Virus record (IMG/VR): IMGVR_UViG_3300046780_000362
Span: 1 to 62,463 of that record
Source: a virus
Lineage: Duplodnaviria > Caudoviricetes
Direction: 5' to 3' (one strand)
DNA length: 62,463 nt
The position numbers and the translations under genes are program-made. Under the pieces are notes generated by a model. The model saw only the letters and a list, made by a program, of their open reading frames with translations, was not told where the DNA came from and did not search any database. The first letter of the stretch is position 1. Each line of letters begins with the position of its first letter. Below, in pieces: positions 56,853 through 62,463 of the stretch.

Positions 56853-58856
56853 TCACTTTCGGTACCTCTTTCCCCAGTGGCCCGCAGCGCCCACCGGAAA
56901 ACCTTCTGCCCACTCGGGCAACGTTGTCATGATCCTTTTCAGTTCGGCGTACGTCTCTTCCCCGCGCGGCGCGTCGCACACCACCTCATCGTGCACATGA
57001 AGCACGGGGCACAGCCCCGCGGCTTCGGCCGCGACGAGCGCTTCCGCCATGAGGTCGCGGCACCCGGCCTGCGTAAGGTTCTCAGCAATCTTCCCGCCGT
57101 ACAAGTGCTCTCGCCCGGACTTCGTGCCGATGTAGTACGGTGACATTCTCTCGCGACCATTGAACCCGATCTCTCGCGAGAAGCCGACCGCGTTGTACAC
57201 CACGGGGCGCCCCGACGGGAGGAACACCGCGACGTCCCGGCCGTCGGTGGACGGAACGAAGTCGTACGGCCATACCCTCGTGGCCTGGCCACGGATGGCG
57301 GCCACGAATGCATCTTCGAGCGCGCGCCAGTACTGGACGATCGGCGCGTGCAGCTCGCGCCACCCTCGCACGACGTCGGCCGCGTCGACCCCCACGCGCG
57401 ACGGCTGATAGTTGAGCTCGAACTTTTTCGGGCCCATGCCGTACCCACACCCGAGTTCGGCCTTTTTTCCTATGTCGTACTGGTCCGACCCCTTCACGAT
57501 GTCCTCGTACCGCACGCCGAAGATCGTGGCGGCCGCGACGAAGTACGGGTTACGCCCCGAACGAAAGACCTCGAGAGCCTTCGAGTCACCGGCGGTCCAC
57601 GCGAGCCACCGCGCCTCGACACCGGAGAAGTCGCACACCGCGAGCTCATTGCCTGGCGACGCGGTGAGGCACGCGCGGAGCGCGACCATGATCGCGTCAA
57701 CGTCGCCCCACTCGGTCGGCTTGCCCGACTTGTCGGGCACCCGCTCCCCGGCGAGGTACCGACAGATCTCGTCGTCGCCCCACTTCTCGAAACGACCGCT
57801 CGGGCGGGGGAAGTTTTGCAGCTGCATACCGCGGCCTGACCACCGCCCCGTATGCGCGCCGTAGTATCGGTGCGAGTCTCGGAGGCGACCGTCGGGCGAC
57901 ACGCGAGCGAGCCCGGCTTCGAGCTTGCCCCGGGCGATCGTCGCGAGCGCGCGGCGCGCTTCCGCGAGCGCCACGATCGCGGGGTCTTCAAAGCCGGCGC
58001 CAGCAATGATCGAGTCCACCGTCTCGGCGGTGGCGTCGGCGCGGCCCGTCGCGCGCGTGAATTGCTGCGGGGATCCGACGGTGCGCCGGACCTCCTCCGT
58101 GCTCCACCCACACACCGAGGCCGCGGCCTCGATCGCCCGCTCTCGGTTCGCCTCGTCCGCCGCGAGGAGCCGGCGCGCCAGGTCGGAGTCGAAGCACACG
58201 CCCCGGTCATTCACGATCCCGTCGACCGCTAGCACGTCCTTTTCCCACCCGCCGAAAACGCCGTCACGCAAGTACGGTTCAAGCCGCGGCCACCCATGTA
58301 CCATCACGTTGACGTCGGACCCGCAATAGTCCGTGACGATCCGCATCACCGCCTGGCGACGCTCGGCCGCGGGGCGCTTCCGCCACTCTTTCAACTGAGC
58401 GGTCCGCGCTCGAGCGCGTTCGTTCTTTTCGAGTAGCGCGAGCTCCGGCGCCGCGGGGGGCGGGGCGTCCGCAATGTCGTCGTACTTCGACAGGGAGACG
58501 GTGAACTTGCTCGCGACCTTGTCCTTCGCGGTGCCAAGCCACCGCGTCGCGAGCGCGTCCAATGACCCGGGCAAGCCGGCGCGGCGCGCGGCCACCGAGC
58601 TATCGGCCCACGGCGGAGACTGCCACCCCGCCCGCGCCGCAATGTGCCTGTCGAAGTCCTGCGCGTTGTGGGCCACCGGCACGTCGTCCGTGGTCACGGC
58701 TGGGCCCTCGGGGAACCACACGCCGGCGGCGCCCGACTCCACGTCGTGGACGACGGCGCACAGCACTTGCGTGGACGGATGCGCGGCGTAGTTGCGGCCG
58801 CCAACGGCGCGGAGGTCGGCCTTTGAAACAGTCTCAAAGTCGGCGAGGAGTGTCAC
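56853..58856 (-). CDS. polA: DNA polymerase family A with 3'-5' exonuclease
   Basis: DFET, AHNA.FD, TGRWSG..QLQN, DFSGVEAR, K.AELG.GYG, HVHDEV. Confidence 0.93.
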   Translation of the reverse strand: MTLLADFETVSKADLRAVGGRNYAAHPSTQVLCAVVHDVESGAAGVWFPEGPAVTTDDVPVAHNAQDFDRHIAARAGWQSPPWADSSVAARRAGLPGSLDALATRWLGTAKDKVASKFTVSLSKYDDIADAPPPAAPELALLEKNERARARTAQLKEWRKRPAAERRQAVMRIVTDYCGSDVNVMVHGWPRLEPYLRDGVFGGWEKDVLAVDGIVNDRGVCFDSDLARRLLAADEANRERAIEAAASVCGWSTEEVRRTVGSPQQFTRATGRADATAETVDSIIAGAGFEDPAIVALAEARRALATIARGKLEAGLARVSPDGRLRDSHRYYGAHTGRWSGRGMQLQNFPRPSGRFEKWGDDEICRYLAGERVPDKSGKPTEWGDVDAIMVALRACLTASPGNELAVCDFSGVEARWLAWTAGDSKALEVFRSGRNPYFVAAATIFGVRYEDIVKGSDQYDIGKKAELGCGYGMGPKKFELNYQPSRVGVDAADVVRGWRELHAPIVQYWRALEDAFVAAIRGQATRVWPYDFVPSTDGRDVAVFLPSGRPVVYNAVGFSREIGFNGRERMSPYYIGTKSGREHLYGGKIAENLTQAGCRDLMAEALVAAEAAGLCPVLHVHDEVVCDAPRGEETYAELKRIMTTLPEWAEGFPVGAAGHWGKRYRK

Positions 58857-59377
58857 GGGGCTAGCCTCTCTCGCACCTGCATAGCAAGCACGCTCACGGG
58901 AAGCCCCGCGTGCAACGCAAGCGTCGTACACCCGGCGGCGAAACGCTCCGCCTTCGTCGCGCGACCGCGCATCCAGATCGGATTTTGATTCGATCCACGT
59001 GCAGTACGACGCGCGTCAAGGATCTCGTCGTCGGCGTTCAGGTACACGCACAGCACCCGAGCGATCGCGGCGATCCGATCTCGCGCGGCGGTGTAGCTGA
59101 ATCGGTCGCCGTCGAAGATCGTGATTTGCGTGTACGGAGCGAGGTTCACTTCCCAAAAGCCGAGCCACTTCGCGACCTGATTGTACCCAATGCGATCCGC
59201 GCCGTCGAACGTGCCCCCGTCATAGTGCCCCGCGGCTACGATCTCCCCGCACGCAGAAAGACTCCACTTCGGATCGGGGCACGTGCGCACGTCCGGAAAA
59301 CCGAGTAGCTCCCGCGCGAGCGCGGTCTTTCCTACGCCGGGCGGGCCAACGATGAAAAGGGCCGTGTGTGTCGTCAC
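58853..59377 (-). CDS. P-loop nucleotide kinase (Ploopntkinase3-like)
   Basis: GPPGVGKT, GHY..TFDGADRI, DGDRF, RR.ARGS.QN..W..GR.TK. Confidence 0.65.
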   Translation of the reverse strand: MTTHTALFIVGPPGVGKTALARELLGFPDVRTCPDPKWSLSACGEIVAAGHYDGGTFDGADRIGYNQVAKWLGFWEVNLAPYTQITIFDGDRFSYTAARDRIAAIARVLCVYLNADDEILDARRTARGSNQNPIWMRGRATKAERFAAGCTTLALHAGLPVSVLAMQVRERLAP

Positions 59378-59516
59378 GCGGGCCCCTTCCGCGAGTAGTA
59401 CCCCACGCAAAGCCCGACCACGTACGCAACGGACACCGCGGCCGCGGCGTGCAACGGCGCGACACCGCCACCGGTGCACGCGACCACGAGCAGGGTGAGC
59501 ACTACGGCGGCGTAGA

Positions 59517-59900
59517 TCACAGTTTGCACCGCTCCACCCGCACCACGAGGTGCGCGGCTTCGGCCTGACCTGTACAGTCCCACGTGCCGCGCGACGACGG
59601 CATGGGGAACGCCTCGACTATGACGGTGTACCCGTGCTTCCGGTACACCACGCCGAGGTCCACGAGCAACGCGTTCCGAGCCGGCCCCCCGTAGTGGCCG
59701 AGGTGCGAAAAGTATGGTTCCTCCAAAAGACCGAAGCCGAGTTCGCGCGCCACGTCCGCGGCGATCGTGTCGGCCCCTGGCGCGCACCCATGGATCACGA
59801 GCGTGCCCGGCGGGTACTTCTCGAGTCGCGCACGGATCGGACGCGCGTCCACCCACTCACGCGAACCGGTGACGATCACGACGTAACGGGGCGGGGTCAT
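59517..59900 (-). CDS. SLOG/DUF2493 family protein
   Basis: VTGSREW, HGCAPGAD, GPARN, SRGT. Confidence 0.75.
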   Translation of the reverse strand: MTPPRYVVIVTGSREWVDARPIRARLEKYPPGTLVIHGCAPGADTIAADVARELGFGLLEEPYFSHLGHYGGPARNALLVDLGVVYRKHGYTVIVEAFPMPSSRGTWDCTGQAEAAHLVVRVERCKL

Positions 59901-60136
59901 GCTCGCGCCTTTCGCTCGGGAGATGGACCGATCTTCGCCCGCCGCGAAAATGCTGCGTTTGCCGCGCGCGTGCACCGGTCGCACAAGGCCCGCAAACGAC
60001 CACTAGGGAGCGTCATCCCACCGAGGCACACGAACCCTGTGACCGTGCCGTCCTCCGCGAGGGACGAGCGGACGTACACCGTGCCGACACGGTTGCAGTA
60101 CGCGCACTCACACATTTGCTGGCCGTCGGTGGTCAT
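59897..60136 (-). CDS. Hypothetical Zn-finger protein
   Basis: CAYC and CDRC motifs. Confidence 0.4.
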   Translation of the reverse strand: MTTDGQQMCECAYCNRVGTVYVRSSLAEDGTVTGFVCLGGMTLPSGRLRALCDRCTRAANAAFSRRAKIGPSPERKARA

Positions 60137-60180
60137 GGGTTGATTTCGCCGACCCGCGCGAGGCGAGCCGGCGATCCGTT

Positions 60181-60483
60181 TCAGGGCGCCGGGGTGTTCG
60201 CGGCCACCGCGGCCGCGAGCGCGTCCGCGCTCGTCTTCAACTTGTCCGAGAGCGCGGTGAGCGCCGCCGGGTCCGAACCCGCAGCAATGAGCGCCGCGAG
60301 CTGTGCCGAGATGCCCTGAATCAGGGTGACGGCCGAAGCCTCCACGCCAATGGACGCTGTGACCTGAGCCGTGAGATCGTCGAGTGCTTGTGACATGTGA
60401 TGGACCTTTCTTGATAGTGTGTGGAGAAGAACCACGATCAAAACGAGCGTGATCCAGAGAAGTAGAAGGAGGAAAAAGATCAC
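60181..60483 (-). CDS. Membrane-anchored helical protein
   Basis: N-terminal hydrophobic segment; Ala-rich helix. Confidence 0.55.
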   Translation of the reverse strand: MIFFLLLLLWITLVLIVVLLHTLSRKVHHMSQALDDLTAQVTASIGVEASAVTLIQGISAQLAALIAAGSDPAALTALSDKLKTSADALAAAVAANTPAP

Positions 60484-60648
60484 GGGCTCACCTTGAGGCT
60501 ACGCCCTTGCGCGATCGTCCGTTGCATCGCGTGCCGCGCCTTGCGCCGCGACCCTACGCCGCGCGACTTGATCGGGGGCGAGTACACGGCCGGCGCCGTC
60601 GCCCACCCGCCGCGCGTCGACACGATTGCCCGCTGGCGCAGAGCCCAC

Positions 60649-61011
60649 TCACTCGCCACGGTAAAGCCCCCGAATCACGGCAATGGCGCCGCCACACAGC
60701 CCAGCGGCCACGATCACAGAAAGGAGCCACGCGACGCCCGCGTACCCGCCTAGCTGCCAGTGGTGTTCGAGCTCGAACCCGAGGTAGAGCGCCGAGAGGC
60801 ATGCGGCCGCGACGTACAACACGAGCGCGATCTCATACCGCGCTTGAGGCACCGTGTATGGCGCCACGTCGCTCGGCATGCGCGGTGGGAGAAGCGACGA
60901 GTCAAGGCGGGGGATCGACGGGAGCGTGTCCGGCTCGCGGTCCGCGATCGTGTCCGCGTACTCTTCCATACTCATGTTCGCGATGATGCTTTTCGGCACG
61001 TGGTCCTCCAT
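60649..61011 (-). CDS. Hypothetical membrane protein
   Basis: Two C-terminal hydrophobic segments. Confidence 0.45.
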   Translation of the reverse strand: MEDHVPKSIIANMSMEEYADTIADREPDTLPSIPRLDSSLLPPRMPSDVAPYTVPQARYEIALVLYVAAACLSALYLGFELEHHWQLGGYAGVAWLLSVIVAAGLCGGAIAVIRGLYRGE

Positions 61012-61076
61012 CCGGAAAAAGTGGGGCTGTTTGGAACCCGAGGCTCGCCCCGCTCCTCTCCTTATTAGGGAGTCTG

Positions 61077-61271
61077 TTACGCGATCGCGTACGCCGTGGC
61101 GCGCGTGCGGCCCCGCGACTTCAACGCGTTCGCGCTCTTCAGCCGGCGAAGAGACGCGCTCACCGAGGCCACGTCCCACGCAAGCACGCGGGCCACTTCG
61201 TCGGCGCGTATCCACGGGGCTTTCTGGATCACGTGACGCACACGGCGATCCTGCTCCGCCTGCGTGATCAC
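61077..61271 (-). CDS. Winged-helix DNA-binding protein
   Basis: ADEVARVL..DVASVSASLRRLK...GRTRATAY. Confidence 0.55.
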   Translation of the reverse strand: MITQAEQDRRVRHVIQKAPWIRADEVARVLAWDVASVSASLRRLKSANALKSRGRTRATAYAIA

Positions 61272-61984
61272 GGCGCGGCCCACGCGGGTTTCGGCGGGGC
61301 GCCCGACTCTTGCTCGTTTTCCGGCACGACCGCCCACGCGTACTCCCGCCAGTAGTCGCCCGTTGGTTGCGGCGCTGTGCCGTCCTTCGGTACCGTCATG
61401 ATGTCATTGCCACGAGTTACGCGCACGTCCACGAGGCGGCCGACGAGTGAGAAGTGCGGCGCGTACGTCTGGCTGTTCGCGGTGACGATCCCGGTGACCG
61501 AGTCAATGAACCCACCCTCGGGGTCGAAGGCGTTGTACTCGGCCCAATTGTCGTACCCCGCGGTGGCCACGAGCATCGCCTTCGCGCGCTCCGAGTTCCG
61601 CATCGCGGCCTTACCCGCGAGCTTGTGAATGACCGCCCGCTTCTCGCCCACGCGACAGAGAGGGTTCGACGCGGGGTCCGCGAGCACGATCTCGACATAC
61701 CCCTTGTATGTCTCTTCGAACGTGTTCGGGTTGCGGCCCATCACCGCACCCATGAACCGAACGCGGTAGTAGCCGAGGTCGAGCTTCGGCTCGCGATCCT
61801 GGGGTTGCTGCACGCCGGCCCACCGTGACGTGCCGGCGGGGACCGGAGGGCGAGCGGCGGGCGGCGGACCCGCAGCCGGCGCGGCGGAGCGTTGAAAGTT
61901 CGACACCGCGGGCGGTGCGGCAACGGGTGGGGGAGCCGCGGCGGGTGCGGCGGTGGCGGGGCGGGCGGGTGATCCAAACGGCAT
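61268..61984 (-). CDS. Putative single-stranded DNA-binding protein
   Basis: Pro/Ala-rich N-terminus and beta-rich core; sits in the replication cluster. Confidence 0.45.
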   Translation of the reverse strand: MPFGSPARPATAAPAAAPPPVAAPPAVSNFQRSAAPAAGPPPAARPPVPAGTSRWAGVQQPQDREPKLDLGYYRVRFMGAVMGRNPNTFEETYKGYVEIVLADPASNPLCRVGEKRAVIHKLAGKAAMRNSERAKAMLVATAGYDNWAEYNAFDPEGGFIDSVTGIVTANSQTYAPHFSLVGRLVDVRVTRGNDIMTVPKDGTAPQPTGDYWREYAWAVVPENEQESGAPPKPAWAAP

Positions 61985-62286
61985 GTGTGTTTTCCTTTTA
62001 CGTTGCGGGTAGAGATACGCGAAACGCGTATGCGTGGGAGACGTCGACAACGGGAGTGCATGGCTGCACGTACGCGCCGTCACCGAGACGGCCACGGACC
62101 TCGGCCGCTTTCATCACAGCGGCGGCGTACGCGATACTCTTCGTGCTCGCGAAGAAGGGGTAGATCCATTGCGTGATCTGACGCACGCCCCGCTCACGCG
62201 GCGGACCGTCGAACGTGTCGAAGTCCACGACGTGTGCCACGGACTCGACAGTAAACACCTTGAAGTAACCCACGGCGGTTTCTTGT

Positions 62287-62463
62287 TCCATCTTACAGAC
62301 TATAGCTAGCATACGAAACGTGATCGTCAACCCGCCCCGAAAGAAAAAGTCATCGGCATAGAGATCGGCGTGTGCTGGTCGTGATCCTTCCGCGCCCACC
62401 TGAACTTGTTCGATTCCGTGATGCACGGCGTGGCGCGCTCGACCTTCGCGCGAAGCACCTTCT
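62287..62463. repeat. Terminal direct repeat, right copy
   Basis: Matches 1-177 with 4 mismatches. Confidence 0.95.

Noticed and set aside
1-62463. Integrase, att site, tRNA or rRNA genes
   Set aside because: None recognised by eye; a tRNAscan and HMM run would be needed to exclude them

Overview
This window is an apparently complete, circularly permuted genome of a high-GC, contractile-tailed (myovirus-type) dsDNA phage of about 62.3 kb. Bases 1-177 recur at 62287-62463. It has a Mu-like head module (TerL, portal, S49 protease/scaffold, capsid) and a sheath/tube/tape-measure/baseplate/fibre module on the + strand. Replication and nucleotide-metabolism genes (PolA, SF2 helicase, Cas4-like exonuclease, primase-helicase, dNMP kinase, MazG-like, oligoribonuclease, MTase) lie mostly on the - strand, along with a GH73 endolysin/holin/lipoprotein lysis cassette. 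No integrase or tRNA was recognised. The most striking element is at 22091-23914: a small RAMP/Cas7-like gene and an accessory gene sit between two non-coding arrays of strictly phased GGY-NN pentamers, cut into 40-70 nt units by a GGCAC-TCCNN delimiter. This suggests a compact phage RNA-guided system whose guide information is in the variable dinucleotides. Also notable are about 11 sigma54-type (-24/-12) promoters, most sitting 27-29 bp before nearly leaderless ORFs, with repeated palindromic upstream sites. These and the Cys-rich lipoproteins suggest a myxobacterial-type host (inference). All protein calls come from motif reading by eye; no database search was run.
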